Positions 1 to 7,672 of a stretch of 64,000 nt of DNA are shown here, in pieces. The notes under the pieces were generated by a model, which saw only the letters and a program-made list of their open reading frames with translations, had not been told where the DNA came from and did no database searches. A program made the translations under genes and the position numbers. Location of the stretch: the NCBI GenBank assembly GCA_022009775.1, contig CP091723.1, forward strand, positions 223,382 through 287,381, given 5' to 3'. This DNA comes from Christensenella sp. (GTDB lineage Bacteria; Bacillota; Clostridia; Christensenellales; CAG-917). Within the stretch, counting starts at the first letter, position 1; each line of letters begins with the position of its first letter.

Positions 1-205
1 GACGTGCGGGAGCCCTTGTGTGTGTAGTACGAGCGACTGCGCCGTGTTGTTGCGTAGCCGGCGCACAAAGCGTGGTGGCATAATGAGTGCACGACACCTA
101 TCTATGCGAGTGCTGAGTGTTGTCCCCCGCCACGCGGTCACCGTGGGTACCCTGAAAGGGGGAACGGTGATAGGGAAAACACCTGAGGAAAGGGGAAAAT
201 TGCAT
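1..205 (+). repeat. L-element copy 1 (multi-copy structured repeat), cut by the window edge; conserved core 27-205
   Basis: Core GTACGAGCGACTGCGCC..GGCGCACAAAGCGTGGTGGCATAATGAG..GGGAAAACACCTGAGGAAAGGGGAAAATTGCAT aligns with 3548-3731. Bases 1-26 carry the same CACACACAAGGG stem arm seen in copy 6. Confidence 0.85.
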
Positions 206-210
206 CCCCT

Positions 211-284
211 ATGCGCGAATCAAAACCCAACGTACACGCAGTACGTGATTTTGAGTAGCGCGTGCGCTGACGCAGTTGTTCGCC
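211..284 (-). repeat. T-module hairpin (terminator-like family) directly downstream of the McrB-like CDS stop
   Basis: Imperfect long hairpin with apical GTAC-N5-GTAC and the conserved flank GACGCAGTTGTTCGCC. No clear U-tail. Confidence 0.6.
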
Positions 285-296
285 GTTTAGCACATT

Positions 297-1813
297 TTAG
301 AAGAGTTTCTTCAAGCGGTTGATATACTCCTTGCTCTCTTGCATATTCTCTTCACCGAAGAGTTCGCTGAGATAAAGGATAAGACCGTCGATTTCGTCGC
401 GGATGTATGACAAGTTGAGCGATTCGAACTTGCGGAATATCTTGTTGCAAAGCACGTAGTCGAGACCGTCGATTTCTGTTCCGCCGCAACCCACGTATGA
501 AGGAACGAACTCTTTGAGCTGCTTCACGATACGGTTACCAAACGCGAGACGGAAGTGTTCGATGACGTAGTCGTCAAGCAAATTGACCTTGTCGAGAATG
601 TCTTGAGAGACCTTGTGTATCTCCTGCGACTCTTTGAACATCGCTTCAAGGTGCTTGTAGCTGATGAAGATGTTGTCCGCCCACGGCGCGTCGAAAGGCA
701 CACCCTTGCTGTTGATGTTGATAGGCATAGCACGGTCGTAAACCTTATCCGATATGGCAAACGTCGAGTCGTCGTTGTTTGCCGTGCCGATAAACCACAT
801 GTTTTGCGGGAGTCTGAAACGGCCTTTGTCGATATGCTTCGGGTCGTTTGGCCAACCGGACGGAACAAGGTCTACAATCCACTCATCGCGTGACGGCATT
901 TCGAGAATAGACAACATTTCCGCGAAATAGTACTCGACACGCGCGATGTTCATTTCGTCGAGAACGGTGAGATAGATCTGATCGTTCCAAGTTGCCTCGT
1001 ACATTTTTTTGAGCACTTCGGTCTCGTTGAAACGTTTTGTAAATTCGTTGAAGTATCCGAAAAGTTCGGTACGGTCACGCCAAGACGGCTGCACGGACGC
1101 GATAGTTGCGGGGTTGTTCAAGAAAATACCCATAGCGTGCGGCAGGGACGTTTTACCTGTACCGGAAATACCCTGCAAGATCATCAAACGCGACGTGGAC
1201 ATACCTGCAATAAACAAGCGGATGATACGCGGATTGTAGAACAGGCGCATACGCGAGCAAGCGAAGTTGCGGAAACGATCGCACAGCTCGGGGAGCGTGA
1301 TCTCGTCGTCATAGACGGGCGGAACGTAGTTCTCGTAAATCTTGTCGATTTCGGTGAGTTTGTAGAAACGTGACTCGCCTGTTGGCGACTGCTCTTCCTT
1401 CTTTTGTTCGCCTTCTTCCCCTTCTTCGCCTTCATAGTTGCCGATATCGCTGACTCTCATGCCGAGAATACGGTCTTTTTCAGCGGACATTTTGATGATT
1501 TGCTTTTTGAGATTGGCACATTCTTCCACGAGATCCTGCGGCAAAACCTTGGCTTTGGAGAGCCTTGCGAGTTTGCGCAAGCCCAGCGCGATAAGCACGA
1601 TGATTGCGATGATGACAGCAAAAATAAGTATTATGAAAATGATAGCGACAGCCCATTCTCCCGCGCCGAAGTATTGGGTGTAGTTCTTGAAAGCGTCGGC
1701 ATACCCCTCGTTGTAGAAGATATGCAGAAAACCCCAGAATATACTCCCGATCCCTTGTCGTAGAATGCGCCCAAAAACGCTTTGAGAAATTCAAATACAA
1801 GATTGATATTCAT
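297..1813 (-). CDS. McrB-like AAA+ (AAA_5) NTPase with N-terminal TM helix; apparent 1-nt frameshift near 1732-1760 (solid ORF 297-1598)
   Basis: Walker A GISGTGKT; LDEMNIARVEYYFAEMLSILE and FIGTANNDDS resemble McrB DEINRA / GTMNTADRS motifs. Upstream frames give MNINLVFEFL.. plus the hydrophobic stretch AVAIIFIILIFAVIIAIIVLIALGL. Confidence 0.7.
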
Positions 1814-2102
1814 GGTATAACTCGTTGAATTCGGCGACCACAAATATGGTGCCGACGTCCTTTCCGAAAGGACGGATTTTGCGAGCAGTATATCTGACTT
1901 AATGTTCGAGCAAGGCAAAGAAGTCAGCGGCGGCGAAAAGTATGTGGTTATGCCGAGCGTTCTCAAAGCCCGAATAGGCTCGAAGAGAGAACGGAGCAAA
2001 CCTTGACAACACCGTAGCGCGCGCCATTTTTTATATCAAAGATATAATGTCGCAAAAGTATAGTCGAACGGCGCATGAATTTTCATGCGCCTTGCAACGT
2101 TT

Positions 2103-3065
2103 TTATTCTTTGTCTTGGTTGGATCCTTCGTCCGCGGATTCGTTGTTTTCACTGCCAATCGAATCGTCTTTTTGCTCGCTGTCCGTGCCACTTGCCTGTT
2201 GTTGCAAGGACGCAAGATATTCTTGCGCAAGACGACGCTTTTCTTCGTCCGAAAGGCTGTCCACCGTCACCACTTGTTGAGCTTGCACCTTGCGTTGATT
2301 TTCAAGCTTTGCAATGACAATGGTGCGGATAAGCACAAATGCGTAGATCACAAACAAAAGTATGAGCGGAAGCACGACCACGCAGAAGAAACGCACTTTT
2401 TGGCTTGCGCCGAAGTGTTCGGTGTCCTGAATCCAGTTGGAGAAACCGCCCACGCCTTTGAGCATTTTGCCGCTTGTGAAAGTGCCGTCTTCATTCACAC
2501 TGCCCCACGTTGCGACAATTGCGCTTGGTTGTACATAGTCGCGGTCGATGTCGCCGATGATATTTTTATCTTGCTCGCTTTCTTCTTTGAGCAATTCTGC
2601 AGCAGCAGCTTGCCAAGATCCTGTTTGATTGTCACCACGAGTTCTGAAACTTGTCACAGCACCTGCATCGTTTCTGTTGATAGCAACGATTCTGTGGGTG
2701 TTGAACACTTGATAACGTCCCGAAGTCGTTACAGCAATCGTCTTAAACGTCACGACTTGACCGACTTTGAGCGTTGCCACATCCTTTGAGTCGAATGCCT
2801 TGGCAATTATGACGTCGTCGGACGAGAACGTGGGAGCCATAGAGTCGGTGGCGACGTTGAGATAAATCTTGTCACCGAATCTTGTGAGATGATCGTCATT
2901 GGTTGCGCCGGCGATTGTGAAAATCGCGACCACCAAAGCGAACACTATGACAACGATGCAAACGCCCGTCGCAACCCAGTTGAGAATGGATCTGACCTTC
3001 TGTTGCTTTGGAGAGAGTTCTTTTTTCTCTTTCGCTTTTTGAGCGAACTTTTCTTTGAGATTCAT
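2103..3065 (-). CDS. sipW: Signal peptidase I, SipW/archaeal-ER type (S26B), with long C-terminal extension, second TM and acidic tail
   Basis: N-terminal TM, catalytic-Ser box VATDSMAPTF, FNTHRIV (His) and TRGDNQ box. Start chosen at MNLKEKF (3065). Confidence 0.8.
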   Translation of the reverse strand: MNLKEKFAQKAKEKKELSPKQQKVRSILNWVATGVCIVVIVFALVVAIFTIAGATNDDHLTRFGDKIYLNVATDSMAPTFSSDDVIIAKAFDSKDVATLKVGQVVTFKTIAVTTSGRYQVFNTHRIVAINRNDAGAVTSFRTRGDNQTGSWQAAAAELLKEESEQDKNIIGDIDRDYVQPSAIVATWGSVNEDGTFTSGKMLKGVGGFSNWIQDTEHFGASQKVRFFCVVVLPLILLFVIYAFVLIRTIVIAKLENQRKVQAQQVVTVDSLSDEEKRRLAQEYLASLQQQASGTDSEQKDDSIGSENNESADEGSNQDKE

Positions 3066-3421
3066 GATAAACCTGCCTGATTGATGCTTCTCCGCTTCCG
3101 CCCGAGACTTATTGCCACACACCGCGCCAAAAGCGCAGCCGAGAGATCAGCGAATGACTATTGACGTCGTGCGAGCCATGCTTGTTGCCCTTAAACGGAT
3201 AATATCCGCTTCACTCGCCCGATTTTGCTGAAACGCATAGTTATACAACTATACATATTGTATTGTAACTTATCGCGCGCACGATGTCAACAGCAAAAAT
3301 CGCAAAACCGCCCAAAATCATCCGAAAATCTTCCCCAACCGCCCGATCTCGCCCATATTGCGCGCTTTTTCTCTTTTAAGTGGTTTACGCAGAGTTGCGA
3401 TCATAAGTCGCAACTCTGCGT

Positions 3422-3928
3422 AAAGCCGTCCTTTTGCCACAAACGGAAAGCCTATTCGGGGCGTACTTATAAACGGAATGTGTGACTTCGAAGACGGATT
3501 TGGAGCCGCAAGGCGGCGACCGTATCGAACGCCGAGCTTGACGATAAGTACGAGCGACTGCGCCATGTTGTTGCGTAGCCGGCGCACAAAGCGTGGTGGC
3601 ATAATGAGAGAATGGCACTTATTTATGCGAGTGCTGAGTGTTGTCCCCCGCCACGCGGTCACCGTGGGTTCCCTTGCAAGGGGGAACGGTGATAGGGAAA
3701 ACACCTGAGGAAAGGGGAAAGTTGCATTAAAGTTTGCACACCCAAACCACACTCTCACTTGCAGAACAGAACAAAACAAAAAAATAAATTTAGGGATAAG
3801 GTTTTTGAAAGGGGCTTTATCTCGATAAGGAGAAAAACGATGAAAAAGAAAGGTTTGATTATATCAACAGTCGTCATGGTTGTTGTGCTGATCGCATCTC
3901 TCACCACCGCTACTTACGCTTGGTTTAC
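3422..3928 (+). repeat. Left arm of the ~505-bp inverted repeat. Contains L-element copy 2 (core 3548-3731), 5' UTR/RBS and the first 29 codons of CDS 3840-4862.
   Basis: Reverse complement of 7584-8087. The only differences seen are a T4/T3 run, a 3-nt GCA indel (~3761) and an A7/A8 run. Confidence 0.95.
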
Positions 3929-4862
3929 GACTTCTGCATCTACAAGCATTCAAGGCTTTGACGTAAGTGTTGCAGCCGGTAACGTTATGAATATCGGTTT
4001 GAACAAAAATGGGCATACAACTTACAGTGCTTCTGCAACACCAGATAATTTTGTTTCAGGAGCATGTGAATATGTCGCTGATCCTACAAACGGTCAATTT
4101 GCTGCCGGTTATTGGACTGGAGAAGTTGAATCCCTTGGTTCTACAATAACACATAATATAAAGTGGAGCACGCAAAATAAAGCCGTTGGATTTTCTTCAG
4201 ATGCTACAGTAGGAACCGATGCAAAAAATGCAACTTTTGCAAATACTAAATTAATCACACAAACTGGCTGGACACATGCAGTTAAAGCAAATGGTGACTC
4301 AACCAAATTTACGGGAAATGCAGAATATGCAAGCGCAAATATTGGAGCCGGTGATACAAATGGTGACTATGTTTATATGTTCCTTGGTGCACAACCGACA
4401 AAAGCGATTCAAACTGGAACTAATAAACTCTATGTGGTCATCCAACCCCAAGGCAATGGTACGACTAATGGTATGGCAGCAGCAATTCACGTTGCGTATA
4501 AGCTCAACGCCGCAACTACTTGGAATGATGTTGATTTCTCTACAGTTGCAAAAGAAGGTAACAAAAAGTATTCAGATCCTAAAGCTGGCAATACTGCAGT
4601 GATATACGGTGATTATCATGATGCCGCTGGAATGCAAAATGGTACTTATTCTGCAGAAACAAAACAGACTACTTTTACAGGTGCAGTCGTAGTTGAAATT
4701 TCTCTCAATGACTGGGACGGAACTGGCAAAGCTCCGCTTGATCAAATCCAACTTGTTATTTATCTTGCTGGTGCTGATACCGATTGTGTTGATGCAGCAA
4801 AAAATGGTACCGTAAAGATTGGTTTGTTCTTTGGCGCACAAGAAGTCCAAATTGGTGGCTAA
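3840..4862 (+). CDS. Secreted protein with SipW-cognate-class signal peptide (TasA-like fibre/matrix subunit candidate), paralogue A
   Basis: MKKKGLIISTVVMVVVLIASLTTATYAWFT matches the K-rich / TM / (G)TYAYF(T) pattern of SipW-dependent signal peptides. Strong RBS AAGGAG. C-terminal motif VIYLAGADTDC..GTVKIGLFF is shared with the paralogues. Confidence 0.8.
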   Translation: MKKKGLIISTVVMVVVLIASLTTATYAWFTTSASTSIQGFDVSVAAGNVMNIGLNKNGHTTYSASATPDNFVSGACEYVADPTNGQFAAGYWTGEVESLGSTITHNIKWSTQNKAVGFSSDATVGTDAKNATFANTKLITQTGWTHAVKANGDSTKFTGNAEYASANIGAGDTNGDYVYMFLGAQPTKAIQTGTNKLYVVIQPQGNGTTNGMAAAIHVAYKLNAATTWNDVDFSTVAKEGNKKYSDPKAGNTAVIYGDYHDAAGMQNGTYSAETKQTTFTGAVVVEISLNDWDGTGKAPLDQIQLVIYLAGADTDCVDAAKNGTVKIGLFFGAQEVQIGG

Positions 4863-4888
4863 TAAAATATCAAACATAACACAATAGT

Positions 4889-4922
4889 AAAAAATCGCGG
4901 CTCACACGAGCCGCGATTTTTT
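4889..4922. terminator. Bidirectional intrinsic terminator (paralogue A on +, HEPN gene on -)
   Basis: A6-AATCGCGGCTC-acac-GAGCCGCGATT-T6: an 11-bp perfect stem with A- and T-runs. Confidence 0.85.
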
Positions 4923-4957
4923 ATTTATTTACAGATCTTTGCGTTACAGTTTGTTTT

Positions 4958-5704
4958 TTATGGCAATAATGGCTTTTGCGCTTGTTTGATGTCAAGATTT
5001 AATACAAGCGTGTCTGGGAGATCCCATTCTGTTTCATTTGGTTCATTCCTGTCAATTTTGCATGCGTTGATTTCGGTTTTGCATTTTTCACCGACTTCGG
5101 TAGGCAAAAAAGAAATTAGATTTATTATATGTGCGGACAAAGATGTTTGTACGGTTTCAATGCCGTCAATATAGCACTCCCAAAGCCCACGATAAAGCAA
5201 CAAGAACTTGTTGTGCATAACTGCATTTCTTAAACGTATTAGTGCATCTACATTTTCTTCAAAATGATTATGCGGAAATGCAAACTGTTTTTTGACTTTT
5301 GACGGGCACATCTTGCATTGTTCAAGTAATGCTGCAAAATCTAGATGTTCCAACGCCCTGTCCATATCGTTTTTATTGCGTTTTAACTTCTCTTGCATTT
5401 CGATAGTCCAAAACTTCTGTTTCGTATTCTTAAAGTATGCGTCACAAATTTTTGCCCGATAGAATTCTTCAAGATATGATATATATTTGAAAAGTACAAG
5501 GCGAATACGTTTGTCGTATCTATATGCAGTTGCAATTTGAGTGTATTTTACATACTCTTTCTCAGTTTTCTCACGCCATAAGGATAGTTTTTGCTTTATT
5601 AAGATGTGTTTTTGCACACCTTTTGAATATAGGGCTCGTTCTGCTCGTTCTTTGTCTTCGTCCTTGATTTGTAGATAGGTGTAAAAATACTCTTTTGGAT
5701 TCAT
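4958..5704 (-). CDS. Abi_2 (AbiD/AbiF-like) HEPN-domain protein, putative abortive-infection RNase
   Basis: YRYDKRIRLVLFKYISYLEEFYR resembles the Abi_2 N-terminal block. LIRLRNAVMHNKF carries the HEPN R-x4-H motif. It lies 3 nt downstream of the NTase gene. Confidence 0.65.
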   Translation of the reverse strand: MNPKEYFYTYLQIKDEDKERAERALYSKGVQKHILIKQKLSLWREKTEKEYVKYTQIATAYRYDKRIRLVLFKYISYLEEFYRAKICDAYFKNTKQKFWTIEMQEKLKRNKNDMDRALEHLDFAALLEQCKMCPSKVKKQFAFPHNHFEENVDALIRLRNAVMHNKFLLLYRGLWECYIDGIETVQTSLSAHIINLISFLPTEVGEKCKTEINACKIDRNEPNETEWDLPDTLVLNLDIKQAQKPLLP

Positions 5705-5707
5705 TTT

Positions 5708-6325
5708 TCACCACCTATATTCATTGAGAGTCTCCAAAAAAATCGAAAACGATTTCAGGTTGTCTTGTCTGCTTAAATGCATATTTTTCAATGCCAAATA
5801 GCGTTTCTTGAAGTCGGGATACAAATTGTTTCTTTTTATTGCCAAATATTTTTCCGCATAGTCTTTTGAATATGGCATACGATTCCAAATATAGTATTGT
5901 TCGTTTTTTACAAGTTTGTATGCATACCCATCATCACCGTCAACCAGAATGGCAACATCGAATTTGAATCTTACATTGCAACTTTTATCAAAAACAATTA
6001 CTGTCACAACAGATGTTGAATCTTCAACATGATTGTATGTTTTTAAGTTTTCTGTCAAAACTTTTTTGAAAGCATTACGAAATAATTGTTTTATTTTTTT
6101 TGGATCGTCAATCAAATCTTGTTTATCGCGTTTTATAAAAAGATTGTAGTCAAGATCAAAAGGCTTATCGCCATTTTGAGTAACCAATCTTTTATCCCCA
6201 CTACCAATCAAACGTATATCAAAAGTGAAGTAATCTCGCAACAAGTCTTGGACTCCATTGAGAATTTTCATGCACCAATTGTGTTGATTTGTAACGATTT
6301 GTTGTTTTACATAACTATATGCCAT
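5708..6325 (-). CDS. Pol-beta-superfamily nucleotidyltransferase (MNT/SMODS-like), 205 aa
   Basis: RLIGSGDKRLVTQNGDKPFDLDYNLFI has the G-S-x(n)-D-x-D NTase signature, and FDVAILVDGDD offers a third acidic residue. RBS TAGGGGGAAA. Confidence 0.6.
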   Translation of the reverse strand: MAYSYVKQQIVTNQHNWCMKILNGVQDLLRDYFTFDIRLIGSGDKRLVTQNGDKPFDLDYNLFIKRDKQDLIDDPKKIKQLFRNAFKKVLTENLKTYNHVEDSTSVVTVIVFDKSCNVRFKFDVAILVDGDDGYAYKLVKNEQYYIWNRMPYSKDYAEKYLAIKRNNLYPDFKKRYLALKNMHLSRQDNLKSFSIFLETLNEYRW

Positions 6326-6358
6326 AAAAATTTCCCCCTAAATGAAGTTGATAAGAGA

Positions 6359-6386
6359 ATTATAGCACAATTTGGCGGATTGTCAA
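6359..6386 (-). promoter_or_regulatory. Near-consensus sigma-A promoter for the NTase-HEPN operon
   Basis: Minus strand reads TTGACA-16 nt-(TGc)TATAAT (-35 at 6386-6381, -10 at 6364-6359), about 30 nt upstream of the RBS. Confidence 0.7.
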
Positions 6387-6403
6387 ATTTTGCCCGAAAG
6401 CTT

Positions 6404-6436
6404 AAAAAATACGGCTCATCCGAGCCGTATTTTTTT
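6404..6436. terminator. Bidirectional intrinsic terminator downstream of paralogue B
   Basis: A6-AATACGGCTC-atcc-GAGCCGTATT-T7. The stem is homologous to the 4889-4922 terminator (shared CGGCTC..GAGCCG). Confidence 0.85.
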
Positions 6437-6463
6437 GAAGAACTGCTATATTGTGATTGATTA

Positions 6464-7672
6464 TTATGCGAATGTTATTGGTGCGCCGTCAGTGAAATCC
6501 CAAGTAATATTAGTAGTATCTTTCGGAGCGTATGCAAAGTTGATTTTAACAGTCATTGCAGTACCAGTTGTGACGTTTTTACATTCAGCATCAGTGCCTT
6601 CAACCCAAATATACATAGACACATAGTAAACATTGTTTGCAACAACATTGCCGTCGCTCAAGACGCAAGTATATTTACCATTTTCATTTGCCTTGCCGTC
6701 TTTTGCTTCCGTATACCCATTGCCGTCTTCTTTAGACATTGTGTTGCTAGCAGTGAGTTTATATTTGCTGAAGGGGGCAATTTCAGTCTCTTTAAATGTA
6801 GGAGCTGTCTCACCGTTGCGTTGTGCTGTTCTTACTTTTATTCTTGTCGCCGCAGCCATACCGGGATTGGTAGCACTTGCTTCTTTTGTACCAGAAAGGT
6901 TTGTTAAACCACTAGGAACAACCTCAATACTGAAACCAAGTGCGCCAACATCCATAAGGTTGGTTACTGCCATTGTCAAATGGTAATATGTTCCGGTTTG
7001 GTTTGCCGATACAAGTTTGTATCCCAAAGGCTCGGTTTTGCTATCATATCCAATAGGTTGATAATATGCACCAGTAGAATTGGTATCCTCCGTTTTGACA
7101 ACCAAATAGTTTGCAAAACCAGCACTCGTAGGAGCTTCAACTGAGGTGATTGAAACGTATCCGTCCAAATCTCCAGCAACCGCTTTGCCTGTTGCTTCCT
7201 TGTAAACATTAGTTGCAGTATCAAGTTTATAGAAACCATCAACACTAGCACCTTCAGTTACAGTTTTAGGAGAAGCTGTAAAATAATCTTCATTCGCGTT
7301 AAAGGTTCCAGTTGCTTTGGTATAGCCCACGAAAGTTTTAACTGCAGTACCATTTGCAAAATAAGTTGCTGCGTGTTCAAGTTTTCCAACTGTAATTTCT
7401 CCAAAGCCAAGATAAGTACCCCAAGTATCAGAGTCACCGCTCCAAGCATTGTTTTCGTATCTCAATGCACCAGAATAAAGACCATTTGAAATTGAACCTT
7501 CTTTTCCGGTCATTGCAATTTGAAGACCTTGAGCCGCTTCAGTTGTGATTGTCAAATCGTCAACTGTTGCCTGAGCTTGCGAAGTAAACCAAGCGTAAGT
7601 AGCGGTGGTGAGAGATGCGATCAGCACAACAACCATGACGACTGTTGATATAATCAAACCTTTCTTTTTCAT
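6464..7672 (-). CDS. Secreted protein with SipW-cognate-class signal peptide, paralogue B
   Basis: The first 29 codons are identical in nucleotide sequence to paralogue A, then diverge. Shared internal GMAAA motif and C-terminal YIWVEGTDAEC..TVKINFAY. Confidence 0.8.
   Translation of the reverse strand: MKKKGLIISTVVMVVVLIASLTTATYAWFTSQAQATVDDLTITTEAAQGLQIAMTGKEGSISNGLYSGALRYENNAWSGDSDTWGTYLGFGEITVGKLEHAATYFANGTAVKTFVGYTKATGTFNANEDYFTASPKTVTEGASVDGFYKLDTATNVYKEATGKAVAGDLDGYVSITSVEAPTSAGFANYLVVKTEDTNSTGAYYQPIGYDSKTEPLGYKLVSANQTGTYYHLTMAVTNLMDVGALGFSIEVVPSGLTNLSGTKEASATNPGMAAATRIKVRTAQRNGETAPTFKETEIAPFSKYKLTASNTMSKEDGNGYTEAKDGKANENGKYTCVLSDGNVVANNVYYVSMYIWVEGTDAECKNVTTGTAMTVKINFAYAPKDTTNITWDFTDGAPITFA

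Noticed and set aside
2003-2050. Plus-strand promoter-like hexamers (TTGACA at 2003, TATAAT at 2043) between the McrB-like gene and sipW
   Set aside because: The spacing between the two hexamers is wrong, at about 34 nt. There is no plus-strand gene to serve, and the hexamers would only drive antisense transcription into sipW. They are probably chance matches in AT-rich DNA.
3422-3745. L-element as a known riboswitch or leader (T-box, c-di-GMP-I/II), or as tmRNA, RNase P, 6S, OLE, or group II intron domain V
   Set aside because: I could not find the diagnostic sequences: the T-box 14-mer and specifier architecture, the GEMM ACGCACAGGGCAAA..GGACGCAAAGCC blocks, the tmRNA ends, the RNase P core or the D5 GAGCCGUAU motif. 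Seven copies per 64 kb also does not fit single-copy housekeeping RNAs. A covariance-model search is still needed.
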